NCBI GenBank assembly: GCA_902787125.1
Contig: CADAEX010000002.1
Coordinates: 1-50,121, forward strand
Length of the DNA: 50,121 nucleotides
Direction of reading: 5' to 3'
From: an uncultured Spirochaetaceae bacterium
GTDB lineage: Bacteria; Spirochaetota; Spirochaetia; CADAEX01
Position numbers and translations under genes: made by a program. A model generated the notes under the pieces. That model had not been told where the DNA came from. It did no database searches and was given only the letters and a program-made list of their open reading frames with translations. Below, in pieces: positions 39,988-50,121 of this stretch. Position 1 is the stretch's first letter; every line of letters starts with the position of its first letter.

Positions 39988-42900
39988 TCAAAACTGCTTT
40001 CCTGCTGGCTGTTTGATCAGCTCCTCATCCTTTTCGGTCAGAGGAATCTGTTCTCCCTTGTCATTCCACAGGGACATATCCAGCGCCAATCCACGGAGTT
40101 CCTGAACAAGAACGTTGAAGGACTCTGGAATACCAGCCTGTGTGGTGGATTCGCCCTTGACAATATTCTCATAGGTCTTGGTCCTTCCATTCATATCATC
40201 AGACTTGATGGTAAGGAATTCCTGCAGTGTATTTGCAGCACCGTATGCTTCCAGTGCCCATACCTCCATCTCTCCAAGTCTCTGGCCACCGAACTGGGCC
40301 TTTCCTCCGAGAGGCTGCTGTGTAATAAGTGAATAAGGACCTGTGGAGCGGGCATGCATCTTGTCATCAACCAGGTGGTTGAGCTTGAGCATATATGCAC
40401 ATCCGATCATAAGCGGATTCTCGAAAGGCTCTCCGGTAAGACCGTCGTAGAGAATTGCCTTTGAGTTCTCCGGCTGACCGCCCTTCTTGAGCAGCTTGGA
40501 GATCATATCGTTTGTTGCAGACTGGAATACAGGAACTGCATATTTTTCATTCAGGGCCAAGCCTGCAAGACCAAGACTGGACTCCATAAGCTGACCCAGG
40601 TTCATACGGGAAGGTACACCCAGCGGGTTAAGACAGATATCAAGCGGAGTACCGTCTGCTAAATATGGCATATCCTCTTCTGGAAGAATGCGGGATACGA
40701 CACCTTTGTTTCCGTGGCGTCCTGCCAGCTTGTCACCTGCACGGAGCTTGCGCTTGGTTGCAATGATCACTTTGACAATCTCCTCCACTCCAGGGCTGAG
40801 CTCGTCACCTTCTGATTTCTTAAGGCGCTGTACATCGATTACAGTACCGCTTACTCCTGCAGGAACTCTGCGGCATGTATCCTTGACATCCTTTGCCTTC
40901 TCGCCGAAAAGTGTGCGGAGCAGCTTGAGCTCAGGTGTGGACTCATTGTCTGCCTTCGGAGTCACTTTTCCCACCAGAATATCATTTGCCTTGACCTTGG
41001 CACCGATGCGGATAATTCCTTCCTCGTCCAGGTCCTCAAGCTTCTTCTCGCTTACGTTTGGAATATCACGGGTAAGCTTGTCTGCACCGTTCTTATTCTC
41101 TCTGACCTCTGCCTCATACTCGTTGAGGTGGATGGAAGTAAAGATATCTTCCTTTACAACCCGCTCAGAGATAAGGATAGCATCCTCGTAGTTATATCCG
41201 TTCCATGGAATAAAGCCTACCAGAACGTTCCGTCCCAGAGCCAGTTCGCCATGGTCAGTAGCAGGGCCGTCTGCAATCACATCGCCCTTCTCTATCTTGT
41301 CATCCAGAGCAACAATAGGCTTCTGGGAGAAGCAGGTGTCCTGGTTTGTCCGCTGATATTTCTGGAGGCGGTAGGAATCTACTTCTTCCGGATTCTCATC
41401 TGGAATAATATCAATCCGTGTAGAAGATACATAGGAAACTTTTCCGGATCTCTTTGCCTTTACAACTACGCCGGAATCGTATGCTGTCCTTCCCTCCATA
41501 CCGGTTCCAACAATTGGAGCCTCAGGGAACAGCAGAGGAACAGCCTGTCTCATCATGTTTGAACCCATGAGAGCTCTGTTTGCGTCATCGTGCTCGATGA
41601 AAGGAACAAGAGAAGTAGATACAGAGATTACCTGCTTAGGTGAGACATCCATGTACTGGACTTTATCTCTGTCCTCGGAGTAGTAGTTACCTGCCCTGCG
41701 GACAGAAACCTGCTCGTTGACCAGGTTGCCCTTGGCATCCAGAACTGCGTTGGCCTGAGCAATAACTTTTTTCTCCTCGTCCATTGCATCCATGTATCTC
41801 ACAGTCTTTGTAGCTCTTCCATTCTCCACCTTCCGGTACGGAGCCTCAAGGAATCCGTAGTCATTGACCTTGGTATAGTTTGCAAGGGATACAATAAGAC
41901 CGATGTTCGCACCTTCAGGTGTCTCGATAGGACACATTCTTCCGTAATGGGTGAAGTGTACGTCCCTGACCTCGAATCCTGCTCTGTCTCTGGAAAGACC
42001 GCCGGTACCCAGGGCGCTTAGTCTTCTCTTATGTGTAAGCTCTGCCAGAGGATTGACCTGATCCATGAACTGGGACAGCTGGTCGGAGCTGAAGAACTCT
42101 CTTACTATTGTGACAATAGGCTTGATGGAAATAAGATCGGACGGCCGCAGTGTCTCGGTCTCCTTAAGCTGCATTCTGTCCTTTGCAATGTGCTCGACTC
42201 TTGCAAAAGCAACCTTGAGCTGGTTTGTAAGGAGCTCGCCTACAGAACGGATACGTCTGTTTCCAAGATGGTCGATGTCGTCCGGGCTTTCCTCGCCGAT
42301 AAACACTCTGATAAGGAAAGTCATGGTGCTGATGATGTCATCCATGGTAAGGACTGTCTCGCCGGTATCGTCTATCTTTGAATCATCGTCCTCATCAATC
42401 TTGCTGCCAGGCTTCTGGCTGTATTTCTTGTTAAGCTTGTAGCGGCCCACTTTACCCAGGTCGTATTTCTTAGGGCTGAAGAACATGTTCCGGAGCTCTT
42501 TCTCTCCATTCTCCTTGGAGAAAAGCTCGCCAGGGAACAGCACGTCAAATACTTCCTTGAGAGCACTCTCTTTTGTAGGCTCGGAGCCATCCTTGCTCTT
42601 TTCTTTCTCTTTCTTGAGACAGTTGAGGATAATGTCGGAATGGAGAGTGTCCTGGGTCTTCTTGTCGATATCGACAATTGTGACCTCCTTGATTCCATTC
42701 TCCTTCATCTCCTCCAGTGTGCTACGGCTTATCTCGTCGCCGACGCTGTAGAGCAATGTATCTTTGTGGTATATGGTCTTGGCCAGGATTTTTCCTTCCA
42801 GGTCAACATTTCTTTCGTCTTTGGAATGTATGGTGACTTTCTTTGTAGCATAGAAGTTCTCGATTATCTGCTCGCTTGTCTCAATGCCGAGAGCCCGGAG

Positions 42901-43530
42901 GAAAATAGTTCCCAAGATCCTCTTCTTCCGGTCTATCTTTGCAAAGATAAGTCCTTTTTTCTTGTCAATCTCGAACTCAAGCCAGGATCCTCTGTATGGA
43001 ATGATTCTTGAGGAATAAAGTGCTTTATCCTTCTCGTATGAGAACACAACTCCAGGTGATCTGTGGATCTGGCTTACAATTACACGCTCAGCTCCGTTGA
43101 TGATGAAAGTACCTCTGTCTGTCATCATCGGGATGTCGCCCATGTAAATCTCTTTCTGCCGGATCTCTCCGGTAGCAAATGTAAGGTTGATCTTGGCCTT
43201 CAGTGGGATAGAATAGGTGGCGTTCTTCTGCTTGCATTCAAACTCATCAAGCTTCTTGTTCTTCTTGTCGCCTAAGGAATATCCGACATAATCAAGAGTC
43301 ATGTCTCCGTTGGGGCTCTCTATAGGGAATGTGCTTCTGAATACTTCCTCGAGACCCTGGTTCTCCAGCGGTTCGCCTTTCTTAAGTTTTTCAAGCTGTA
43401 AGAACTTCTCATAGGAAGAAAGCTGAATATCAATCAGGTTAGGAACATCCATGAACTCATGATACTCACCTTCGTAATACTTATCCCCTACAATGTAATG
43501 CCGCTTAATAGCTTTTTTTCTATCAAGCAT
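39988..43530 (-). CDS. rpoB: DNA-directed RNA polymerase subunit beta
   Basis: 1180 aa: [52 protein letters not shown]. Confidence 0.98.
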   Translation of the reverse strand: MLDRKKAIKRHYIVGDKYYEGEYHEFMDVPNLIDIQLSSYEKFLQLEKLKKGEPLENQGLEEVFRSTFPIESPNGDMTLDYVGYSLGDKKNKKLDEFECKQKNATYSIPLKAKINLTFATGEIRQKEIYMGDIPMMTDRGTFIINGAERVIVSQIHRSPGVVFSYEKDKALYSSRIIPYRGSWLEFEIDKKKGLIFAKIDRKKRILGTIFLRALGIETSEQIIENFYATKKVTIHSKDERNVDLEGKILAKTIYHKDTLLYSVGDEISRSTLEEMKENGIKEVTIVDIDKKTQDTLHSDIILNCLKKEKEKSKDGSEPTKESALKEVFDVLFPGELFSKENGEKELRNMFFSPKKYDLGKVGRYKLNKKYSQKPGSKIDEDDDSKIDDTGETVLTMDDIISTMTFLIRVFIGEESPDDIDHLGNRRIRSVGELLTNQLKVAFARVEHIAKDRMQLKETETLRPSDLISIKPIVTIVREFFSSDQLSQFMDQVNPLAELTHKRRLSALGTGGLSRDRAGFEVRDVHFTHYGRMCPIETPEGANIGLIVSLANYTKVNDYGFLEAPYRKVENGRATKTVRYMDAMDEEKKVIAQANAVLDAKGNLVNEQVSVRRAGNYYSEDRDKVQYMDVSPKQVISVSTSLVPFIEHDDANRALMGSNMMRQAVPLLFPEAPIVGTGMEGRTAYDSGVVVKAKRSGKVSYVSSTRIDIIPDENPEEVDSYRLQKYQRTNQDTCFSQKPIVALDDKIEKGDVIADGPATDHGELALGRNVLVGFIPWNGYNYEDAILISERVVKEDIFTSIHLNEYEAEVRENKNGADKLTRDIPNVSEKKLEDLDEEGIIRIGAKVKANDILVGKVTPKADNESTPELKLLRTLFGEKAKDVKDTCRRVPAGVSGTVIDVQRLKKSEGDELSPGVEEIVKVIIATKRKLRAGDKLAGRHGNKGVVSRILPEEDMPYLADGTPLDICLNPLGVPSRMNLGQLMESSLGLAGLALNEKYAVPVFQSATNDMISKLLKKGGQPENSKAILYDGLTGEPFENPLMIGCAYMLKLNHLVDDKMHARSTGPYSLITQQPLGGKAQFGGQRLGEMEVWALEAYGAANTLQEFLTIKSDDMNGRTKTYENIVKGESTTQAGIPESFNVLVQELRGLALDMSLWNDKGEQIPLTEKDEELIKQPAGKQF

Positions 43531-43577
43531 TCGCTATACCTCCCTAGATAAAGCCGTGTCCGTATTATGGACAAACA

Positions 43578-43605
43578 GGGGCTGTACTACGGATAGTCCA
43601 ACCCC
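43578..43605 (-). promoter_or_regulatory. Imperfect hairpin in the rplL-rpoB spacer; possible attenuator
   Basis: Minus strand: GGGGTTGGACTATCCGTAGTACAGCCCC followed by TGTTTGT. There are two mismatches in the stem and the U-tract is weak. Confidence 0.3.
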
Positions 43606-43654
43606 TTTGAATAAAAATATAAAATCTAAAAGTGTTCTGAAATCAAAGTCAAGC

Positions 43655-44032
43655 TTATTTAATCTCAACTTTTGCACCAGCAGCCTCAAGTTTAGCCTTA
43701 AGAGCCTCAGCGTCTTCCTTGGAAGCTCCTTCCTTGATAGCCTTAGGTGCGCCTTCAACAAGCTCTTTTGCCTCTTTGAGTCCAAGGCCGGTAAGCTCTC
43801 TTACTACCTTGATGCAAGGAATCTTCTTGTCAGCTGGAACTGCAGCCAGAATAACGTCGAATTCTGTCTTCTCTTCCTCAGCTGGTGCTGCTGCGGCTGC
43901 GCCGCCTGCAACTGGTGCTGCAACTGCTGCTGCAGATACACCGAACTTCTCTTCCATTGCCTTTACAAGATCAGCAATCTCCAGAACTGTCATATTAGCG
44001 ATTGATTCAAGAATTTCATCTTTTGTAGCCAT
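43655..44032 (-). CDS. rplL: 50S ribosomal protein L7/L12
   Basis: Ala-rich hinge, then [27 protein letters not shown]...[11 protein letters not shown]. Confidence 0.97.
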   Translation of the reverse strand: MATKDEILESIANMTVLEIADLVKAMEEKFGVSAAAVAAPVAGGAAAAAPAEEEKTEFDVILAAVPADKKIPCIKVVRELTGLGLKEAKELVEGAPKAIKEGASKEDAEALKAKLEAAGAKVEIK

Positions 44033-44103
44033 ATTAACTTCTCCTTTTTTTATTTTTTATGCAGCAGTAGCATGACTATATAAGACTAATGCCGCAATTT
44101 TTT

Positions 44104-44637
44104 TCACTCTGCTTTTGCCTCTCCGGCTTCTGCAGCTTTTCCATCCTTGTCCACAATTGCCTGCAGTGTAGCGGCAAGTTTCTGGACAGGCGCCTTCATC
44201 AGACCCATCAACATAGCAATAAGCTGAGTTCTTCCTGGCAGCTTTGAGAAAGCCTCAATCTTTGCTGCATCAAAAAGTTCTCCGTCGATGACTGCACCTT
44301 TGACCTGCAGTGGCATTCCGCCCTTTGCAAATTCAAACAGTGCTTTTGCAACCTCGTTGGATTCTCCCGGAACTGCTGCAACTGCAGTAGGTCCCTTAAG
44401 GAAGTCATCCACATCAGTGATTCCCATATCCTTCATGGCAATCTTGGCAAATCTGTTCTTGACTACCTTGAATTCTGTATCACTGGTTCTGAGCTTGTCT
44501 CTGATTTCTGTGATCTGTGCAACAGTAAGACCTCTGTAGTCGGTGAAAATAAAGCTTGAGATTCCATCGAATCTTGACTTGAGATCTGCTACTGCTTCTT
44601 TCTTGCTGTCATTTATTTTTGCAATATATTCTGCCAT
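44104..44637 (-). CDS. rplJ: 50S ribosomal protein L10
   Basis: FIFTDYRGLTVAQITEIRDKLR...FKVVKNRFAKIA. It lies between rplA and rplL. Confidence 0.95.
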   Translation of the reverse strand: MAEYIAKINDSKKEAVADLKSRFDGISSFIFTDYRGLTVAQITEIRDKLRTSDTEFKVVKNRFAKIAMKDMGITDVDDFLKGPTAVAAVPGESNEVAKALFEFAKGGMPLQVKGAVIDGELFDAAKIEAFSKLPGRTQLIAMLMGLMKAPVQKLAATLQAIVDKDGKAAEAGEAKAE

Positions 44638-44648
44638 AGTCTCTCTCC

Positions 44649-45320
44649 TTAAGCCTTCTTAACCTTGACACCAGGTCCCATTGTTGATGAGATAGCCAGA
44701 GAAAGGACAAAATCGCCCTTTGCATCGGCAGGCCGCTTTCTCTCAATCTCGGATGCAACAACAGACATGTTCTCTGCCAGCTGAGCTGCCTCCATAGAAA
44801 CCTTTCCGATAGAAACGCTTACAATACCTGACTTATCAGATCTGTATTCTGTGCGTCCTTTCTTAAGCTCGGCAATTGCCTCTTTGATATCGAATGTCAC
44901 AGTGTGAGTCTTTGGGTTAGGCATAAGACCTCTTCTACCCAGGATAGGACCCAGTTTACCTACATCCTTCATCATGTCCGGAGTTGCCACAGCTACATCG
45001 AAATCAAGCCAGCCGCCTCTGATCTTCTCTACCAGATCGCTGTCGCCGACATAAGCGGCTCCTGCAGCCTTAGCCTCCTCAGCCTTGGCTCCCTTAGCGA
45101 AGACAAGAATCTTTTTCTCGCCCTTGAACTGATGTGGAAGAACCAGTGTATCTCTGACGCTCTGACCTTTCTTAAGATTAAGCCTGATTGAGAAATCCAC
45201 AGTCTCGTCAAACTTTGCAAAAGCAAGCTCTTTTACAAGCTTTGCACCTTCTTCAAAAGTATAAAAATCAAGTTTGTTATACTTCTTTACAGCGTCCTGA
45301 AATTTCTTTCCTCTTTTCAT
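44649..45320 (-). CDS. rplA: 50S ribosomal protein L1
   Basis: [14 protein letters not shown]...[20 protein letters not shown]. Confidence 0.96.
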   Translation of the reverse strand: MKRGKKFQDAVKKYNKLDFYTFEEGAKLVKELAFAKFDETVDFSIRLNLKKGQSVRDTLVLPHQFKGEKKILVFAKGAKAEEAKAAGAAYVGDSDLVEKIRGGWLDFDVAVATPDMMKDVGKLGPILGRRGLMPNPKTHTVTFDIKEAIAELKKGRTEYRSDKSGIVSVSIGKVSMEAAQLAENMSVVASEIERKRPADAKGDFVLSLAISSTMGPGVKVKKA

Positions 45321-45322
45321 GA

Positions 45323-45754
45323 TTACTTCTCCACCTCAACACCCATACTGCGTGCTGTACCAGCAATAATTTTCATTGCAGCATCGATATCGTTTGCATT
45401 GATATCAGGCATCTTAGTCTCTGCAATCTTCTTCAGATCAGCCTTTGAAAGTTTTGCAACCTTATCCTTGTGTGGCTGTGCTGATCCGCTCTGGATTCCG
45501 CAGGCTTTCTTAATAAGAACAGCTGCAGGAGGAGTCTTCAGAACAAAGCTGAATGTCTTGTCAGCATAGACAGTAATGACAACCGGAACAGTAAGACCCG
45601 GCTCCATTCCCTTTGTCTTATCATTAAACTGCTGAACAAACTGCGGCGCGCTGACTCCATGAGGTCCCAATGCCGGGCCGACCGGAGGTGCCGGAGTTGC
45701 TTTTCCTGCAGGAATCTGCAATTTAATGTAAGCAACAATCTTTTTCTTTGCCAT
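45323..45754 (-). CDS. rplK: 50S ribosomal protein L11
   Basis: [25 protein letters not shown]...[12 protein letters not shown]. Confidence 0.97.
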   Translation of the reverse strand: MAKKKIVAYIKLQIPAGKATPAPPVGPALGPHGVSAPQFVQQFNDKTKGMEPGLTVPVVITVYADKTFSFVLKTPPAAVLIKKACGIQSGSAQPHKDKVAKLSKADLKKIAETKMPDINANDIDAAMKIIAGTARSMGVEVEK

Positions 45755-45836
45755 TTTTTTCTCCTTTGTGGTATAGCGTTCCCTGGCATCGCGTCAGGAA
45801 ACTCCCATCAAGACGGTAAAACTTACCGGTTTATAT

Positions 45837-46394
45837 TCAGATCTTTTCCACCTGGCTGAGCTCAACCTCTACAGGTGTGAACCGACCGAGTATACCAACC
45901 ATGACTTTTGCCTTGCCTTTCTCAAGGTTAAGCTCATCAATCTTTCCTACGAATGTATCAAACGGACCTTCCACAATCTTGACTGTCTCGCCTACTTCAA
46001 AGGTCTGCTTTACCATGACATGCTTATTTGTCTTAAGCTCACCAGCCCGCTGAAGAATAGACTTGATCTCGTCTGATGGAATCGGATGAGGCTTCTCATT
46101 GCCTCTTGTCCCTACGAAACCTGATGCTCCCGCAATCTTTTTGATCTTGCGGAGGGACTCCAGCCAGTCTCCTTCATCAAGATCCATCTCCAGAAGCACA
46201 TATCCCGGAAGGAACTTGCGGACAACATTCTTCTTCTTGCCATCCTTTCCTTCTATAGTCACTTCTTCTGTAGGAACTTTGATATCAAGAACAGTTTTTG
46301 AGAACTCAGGATCCTCCATGTAGGACCTGATGAATTTTTCCACTTTATTCTCATACCCGGAGTAGGTATGAAGGATATACCATTCTCTCGCCAT
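45837..46394 (-). CDS. nusG: Transcription termination/antitermination factor NusG
   Basis: WYILHTYSGYENKV (NGN domain) and the KOW motif VGETVKIVEGPFDTFVGKIDEL. Confidence 0.96.
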   Translation of the reverse strand: MAREWYILHTYSGYENKVEKFIRSYMEDPEFSKTVLDIKVPTEEVTIEGKDGKKKNVVRKFLPGYVLLEMDLDEGDWLESLRKIKKIAGASGFVGTRGNEKPHPIPSDEIKSILQRAGELKTNKHVMVKQTFEVGETVKIVEGPFDTFVGKIDELNLEKGKAKVMVGILGRFTPVEVELSQVEKI

Positions 46395-46395
46395 A

Positions 46396-46575
46396 TCAGA
46401 AAATCACATCCATCAAAAGAATGAGCAGAAAATCAACCAGACCTAATACGCCGGCAAAAATAAGAGTGGAAATAATAACAATCCAGGTGGATGATACTAC
46501 TTCCTGGCGGCTTGGCCATACTACTTTCTTAAGCTCAGCATAGCTTTCCTTGAAAAAAAGCACAACTTTATTCAT
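46396..46575 (-). CDS. secE: Preprotein translocase subunit SecE
   Basis: My own translation gives MNKVVLFFKESYAELKKVVWPSRQEVVSSTWIVIISTLIFAGVLGLVDFLLILLMDVIF* (59 aa). It has the ELKKVxWPSRxE signature and one TM helix. It is below the ORF-track cutoff. Confidence 0.92.
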   Translation of the reverse strand: MNKVVLFFKESYAELKKVVWPSRQEVVSSTWIVIISTLIFAGVLGLVDFLLILLMDVIF

Positions 46576-46597
46576 TAATATTCTCCTGAATAAAATA

Positions 46598-46671
46598 CAG
46601 GGCAGGTAGGATTCGAACCTACAACATCCGGTTTTGGAGACCAGCGCTCTAGCCGTTGGAGCTACTGCCCT
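46598..46671 (-). tRNA. tRNA-Trp (CCA)
   Basis: The reverse complement is AGGGCAGTAGCTCCAACGGCTAGAGCGCTGGTCTCCAAAACCGGATGTTGTAGGTTCGAATCCTACCTGCCCTG. It folds as a cloverleaf with anticodon loop CTCCAAA. Confidence 0.93.
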
Positions 46672-46681
46672 AATATATTAC

Positions 46682-46858
46682 TTATTTAATTTTTGTCTCT
46701 TTGTGGATAGTATGCTTTCTGTCGAACTTGCAGTACTTGCTGAACTCCATCTTTCCCTGGATATTCTTTCTGTTCTTGGAAGTTGTGTAGTTCTTTCTCT
46801 TGCATTCTGTGCACTGCAGTGCAACCAGCTCTATATTTCCTTTTTTCTTTGATGCCAT
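46682..46858 (-). CDS. rpmG: 50S ribosomal protein L33
   Basis: My own translation gives MASKKKGNIELVALQCTECKRKNYTTSKNRKNIQGKMEFSKYCKFDRKHTIHKETKIK* (58 aa). The overlapping 62-aa track ORF (46686-46874) is in the wrong frame. Confidence 0.93.
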   Translation of the reverse strand: MASKKKGNIELVALQCTECKRKNYTTSKNRKNIQGKMEFSKYCKFDRKHTIHKETKIK

Positions 46859-46878
46859 AATCTCCTCCTGACACTTAA

Positions 46879-46950
<72 letters not shown>

Positions 46951-46983
46951 ATACTTACTCATAATAAGCAATGAGAAAAAATA

Positions 46984-49293
46984 TCAGATATGCTCGTTTT
47001 TGTCAATCTCCCAAGGCAAATTAATATAAAATTTTGCCCCTTTGCCGGGAGCGCTCTCGCACCGGATCTCTCCGCCAAGAGTACGGGTCACCAGGTTATA
47101 GACTATATTCATGCCCAAGCCGCTGCCTCCCCTGCCCCGTTTTGTGGTGAAGAATGGGTCGTATATCTTCTTGGCAACCTCGGGAGTCATGCCCACGCCA
47201 TCGTCAGAGTAGACAATCTCCACCCCGTTTTCCCCCCGGTGCACATCTATGGTCATAGTTCCCTGCTCTATTCCCTCGAAACCATGCATAAGAGAGTTCA
47301 TGACCAGGTTGGTGAACACCTGGGACAGTGCACCCGGGGCGCTGATGACGCTTATGGAGTCGTCTCCGGTAAGCACTACCTTATGCCTGGTCTTCTTATA
47401 AGCAGGCTGGATACTGGTTATAATATCTTCAATATATTCCTTGAGCTTGAACTTCCGGATCTCCTGGCTGGTCTGGTCCACAGCCACCTGCTTGAAGCTT
47501 GAGATACGCTCGGAAGCCAGGTGCAGGTTATCCAGGATAACCTTGGCAGAATCGTTGGCCATAGCCAGGTAGCTCTCAAGGTCGGACCTCTTCATCTGGT
47601 TCGAGCGGTACTTGCTGTCGAACTGCCTTGTCTGCTCCTCAAGGTATGAGGCGGCGGTGACGCCTATGCCCACGGGGGTGTTGACCTCGTGGGCAACCCC
47701 GGCCACCAGTACACCCAGTGATGCCATCTTGCCTGCTTCCACCAGGTTCTGCTGGGTCTCCTTAAGGGTGGCCAGGGATACCTTGAGGGCGTTGTTGGCA
47801 TTCTCAAGTTCCAGTGTACGCTGGGAAACCCTCTTTTCCAGCTGGGCATTGAGCTCGTAGAGCTCCTTCTCGGCCTTCTTCCTCAGGGTTATGTCCCGCA
47901 GGGTCATTATAAGCGAGGATTTTTCCTCTAAGTCGGCCAACCCTACCTCGGCATAGAGCAGAGAGCCGTCCTTGCGCATAAGTATGGCCTCAAACTGCAC
48001 AGTTTTTCCGGCCAGAGCCTCTTTTGCATACTCCCGGTAAGGAGCTGCATTGTCCACCCCTTCCTCGTAGGCCTCGAAGACAAAATCCAGGGGGTTCTTT
48101 CCCACCAGCTCATCTGCCGGATAGCCCACCAGGTCGGCGGCACTCTGGTTGAAATAGCTTATTTTGCCGTCCTTAAGGACAACAAGACCGTCGTTTACCC
48201 CATGGAATACAGCCTGGTACTTCTTCTCGCTCCGCATAAGCTCGTCGGTGCGCCGCTCTATTGTCTCCTCCATAATCTTTATACTGTGGCGCACAACCCG
48301 CCGTCTGGAATAGATAAGAAGGATGGAGAAGCATACCATAATGGCCACCACCACAAGGCCCAAAGCCATGGCCTGCCTGTGGAACTGGCGGAGAGGACGG
48401 TTTATGACTTTCTCGGAGGCACCCACCAGCACAATCACCTTCTCATCCATTATGCTGAAGGAATCCCAGGCCACCAGGGCATTATGGGAATGTCCCAGCC
48501 GGTCCATCACCTTGAACTTCCGGTTGCCGGAAACCTGTGAAAGAATATCCTGCATGGGGAAGCTGTCGGTATTTATGCCGTCCAGGTCCACATCATGGAT
48601 ATTGTGCCCTATATTTTCCGGATCAATATCTACAATCACCGTACCCTTCTTATCCAGGAAAAGCTCGTCGCCGGAGAATCCCAGCCGGGATACAAAGCTG
48701 TACTTCTGTATAATGCTGCCTATGTTGACTGCCACTCCTATCACGCCTGTCTTCTGACCGTTACGCCAGATAGGGACCAGCTTGATGGCAAGCTGCATAT
48801 CCTTGGTTATATAAAGAGGCGGCACATAGTTAAGTCCCCCTGAAATTTTTGACTGATATTCTTCTATATATGAAAGTATAAGGTCCTGGGCCGCCTTTCC
48901 CTCGCCTCCTATGGAGAAGCTGCGATAGCGGACATTGCCTGCATCGTCCACCACGATAAAGGCAGTGACCTCCTGCTTGCTGGTCTGCACCAGCTGGAAA
49001 AAACTGTTGGACATTTCCCGCTGGCCTGTAAAAAGATCCCGGCAGTAGAGCTGGATAATGTCTATATTATAGAAAATAGAATTAAGATTGTCCTCGATAG
49101 CCTGGGCTGCCATGCGGACCTGCAGAATCTGCTGATTTTTATAGATGTTCTCGTTCCGCACCTTGGCACGGTTGTTGATCAATATGGTGGCCATGAAGAA
49201 AAGCACCAGTATAAGAAGTGCCGATGCTATGAAGTTTATTATGATCCGCCTGGGGAATAAGGTGTTTCGTATAGTGTGGGAATCCTGCTTCAT
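46984..49293 (-). CDS. Sensor histidine kinase (TM, Cache-like periplasmic domain, TM, PAS, HisKA, HATPase)
   Basis: H-box GVAHEVNTPVG, N-box NLVMNSLMHGF, G-boxes DDGVGM and GGSGLGMNIV, plus a PAS segment (YQAVFHGVNDGLVVL...). I prefer the ATG at 49293, because the track's upstream extension runs through a terminator hairpin. Confidence 0.9.
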   Translation of the reverse strand: MKQDSHTIRNTLFPRRIIINFIASALLILVLFFMATILINNRAKVRNENIYKNQQILQVRMAAQAIEDNLNSIFYNIDIIQLYCRDLFTGQREMSNSFFQLVQTSKQEVTAFIVVDDAGNVRYRSFSIGGEGKAAQDLILSYIEEYQSKISGGLNYVPPLYITKDMQLAIKLVPIWRNGQKTGVIGVAVNIGSIIQKYSFVSRLGFSGDELFLDKKGTVIVDIDPENIGHNIHDVDLDGINTDSFPMQDILSQVSGNRKFKVMDRLGHSHNALVAWDSFSIMDEKVIVLVGASEKVINRPLRQFHRQAMALGLVVVAIMVCFSILLIYSRRRVVRHSIKIMEETIERRTDELMRSEKKYQAVFHGVNDGLVVLKDGKISYFNQSAADLVGYPADELVGKNPLDFVFEAYEEGVDNAAPYREYAKEALAGKTVQFEAILMRKDGSLLYAEVGLADLEEKSSLIMTLRDITLRKKAEKELYELNAQLEKRVSQRTLELENANNALKVSLATLKETQQNLVEAGKMASLGVLVAGVAHEVNTPVGIGVTAASYLEEQTRQFDSKYRSNQMKRSDLESYLAMANDSAKVILDNLHLASERISSFKQVAVDQTSQEIRKFKLKEYIEDIITSIQPAYKKTRHKVVLTGDDSISVISAPGALSQVFTNLVMNSLMHGFEGIEQGTMTIDVHRGENGVEIVYSDDGVGMTPEVAKKIYDPFFTTKRGRGGSGLGMNIVYNLVTRTLGGEIRCESAPGKGAKFYINLPWEIDKNEHI

Positions 49294-49330
49294 AAAATAA
49301 ATTCTAAACCAGAATGAAGGGAGTTTCAAG

Positions 49331-49361
49331 CAAAAAAAAGTCCCTCCCGGAAAGGAGGGAC
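49331..49361 (-). terminator. Rho-independent terminator after the dehydrogenase gene
   Basis: Minus strand: GTCCCTCC-TTTCCG-GGAGGGAC followed by TTTTTTTTG. Confidence 0.8.
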
Positions 49362-49380
49362 CCGGAGAAATCAAAAGTTA

Positions 49381-50121
49381 TCAATATTTGATTGCAACTC
49401 TGATGTATTTCTGAGATTTGGAAACCTCAACTGCCTCGTTGATCTTATCAAGAGGGAATACCTCGCCTACCAGCTCCTTGAATGGGTACTTGTCCTGGTT
49501 GTCCTCCAGGAACTTGAGAGCCATACCAAGATGCTTTGGATTATAGTTGTGGATACCCTTGATGGTAAGATACTTTCTTGTAATATTATTGGCATCGATA
49601 TTGAGCGGTGTAGGGTTAACCATACCGGCAATCATATACCGTCCGCCAGTGCGCAGCACTGCGATAGCCTGGTTTGCAGCCTCTGCCCTTCCGCAGAACT
49701 CAAGGGCTACATCAACTCCGTTAGGAGCGATTTCCTTGATCTTCTTTGTCAGGTCATCTCCCTGATATTCCTTCAGGTTGAGAGCACAGCAGTTAAGTCC
49801 CAGCAGTCCGGCACCCTGTACCAGAACTACATCTCCCTTGTTCACGCCGATGGTCTCCACTGCATTGACTACAGTAGCCAGAGCGCAGTTTGCAGGAGTT
49901 GCAACTTCGTCGGAAAGCTTGTCAGAAAGCTTGAACACAGTTGTTCCAGGCAGGATATATACATATTCGCCATAACCGCCTACAAGACCAGACTTGATAG
50001 CCGGATCGTTGCAGCTTGTATGTCCATACTTCTTAAGCTTCACGCACTTCTGTGGCAGGCCGATCTTGCAGTAGAAGCACTCGCCGCAGGAAGCCATGAT
50101 TGTCCAGGAGATACGGTCGCC
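49381..50121 (-). CDS. Zinc-dependent dehydrogenase (MDR superfamily), partial; the N-terminus is beyond the window end
   Basis: Structural Zn motif CGECFYCKIGLPQKC and Rossmann GDVVLVQGAGLLGL. The reading frame stays open upstream of the first Met to the window edge. Confidence 0.8.
   Translation of the reverse strand, partial: GDRISWTIMASCGECFYCKIGLPQKCVKLKKYGHTSCNDPAIKSGLVGGYGEYVYILPGTTVFKLSDKLSDEVATPANCALATVVNAVETIGVNKGDVVLVQGAGLLGLNCCALNLKEYQGDDLTKKIKEIAPNGVDVALEFCGRAEAANQAIAVLRTGGRYMIAGMVNPTPLNIDANNITRKYLTIKGIHNYNPKHLGMALKFLEDNQDKYPFKELVGEVFPLDKINEAVEVSKSQKYIRVAIKY

Noticed and set aside
46686-46874. 62-aa minus-strand track ORF (MSGGDYGIKEKRKY...)
   Set aside because: It is the wrong reading frame of the rpmG locus. 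The frame starting at 46858 gives a canonical 58-aa L33.

Overview
This 50 kb window is almost entirely core housekeeping DNA. I found no mobile elements, CRISPR arrays, or recognisable defence or toxin systems. About 27 kb (19.8-46.95 kb) on the minus strand is one unbroken translation/transcription super-cluster: tRNA-Thr(GGU)-rpmG-tRNA-Trp-secE-nusG-rplKAJL-rpoBC-rpsLG-tuf, then the S10/spc/alpha ribosomal protein genes through rplQ. fusA, adk, map and infA are absent from this cluster. That gene order and the EF-Tu sequence look spirochaete-like (Treponema-type); this is inference from memory, not a search. Downstream on the same strand are two orphan ORFs, rny-ymdB-tlyA, a tRNA-Thr(UGU)/tRNA-Tyr pair, ykgJ-orf66-mltG, dnaG-rpoD, a DUF164-type zinc-ribbon protein with a 118-aa polyacidic tail, and an RNase P RNA that the ORF track does not show. 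The plus strand at 1-6.9 kb carries an XRE regulator, a short RecQ, and an nrdR-nrdD-X-nrdG operon. The window ends with a Cache/PAS histidine kinase and a partial Zn-dehydrogenase. The most unusual feature is in the class III ribonucleotide reductase. The NrdD ORF stops right after its Zn site. The glycyl-radical loop (RIVGYYR) is encoded by a separate 164-aa ORF with its own Shine-Dalgarno, and that ORF is fused through an Ala/Pro linker to a thioredoxin-fold domain with a CPNC motif. Both sides of the split carry amphipathic heptad segments. Lesser points: rnpB has no room for its own promoter; the structured rpsG-tuf spacer is 304 nt long; several terminator hairpins sit directly against the next gene's SD-ATG; and the dehydrogenase appears to have an in-frame gap in its Rossmann fold.
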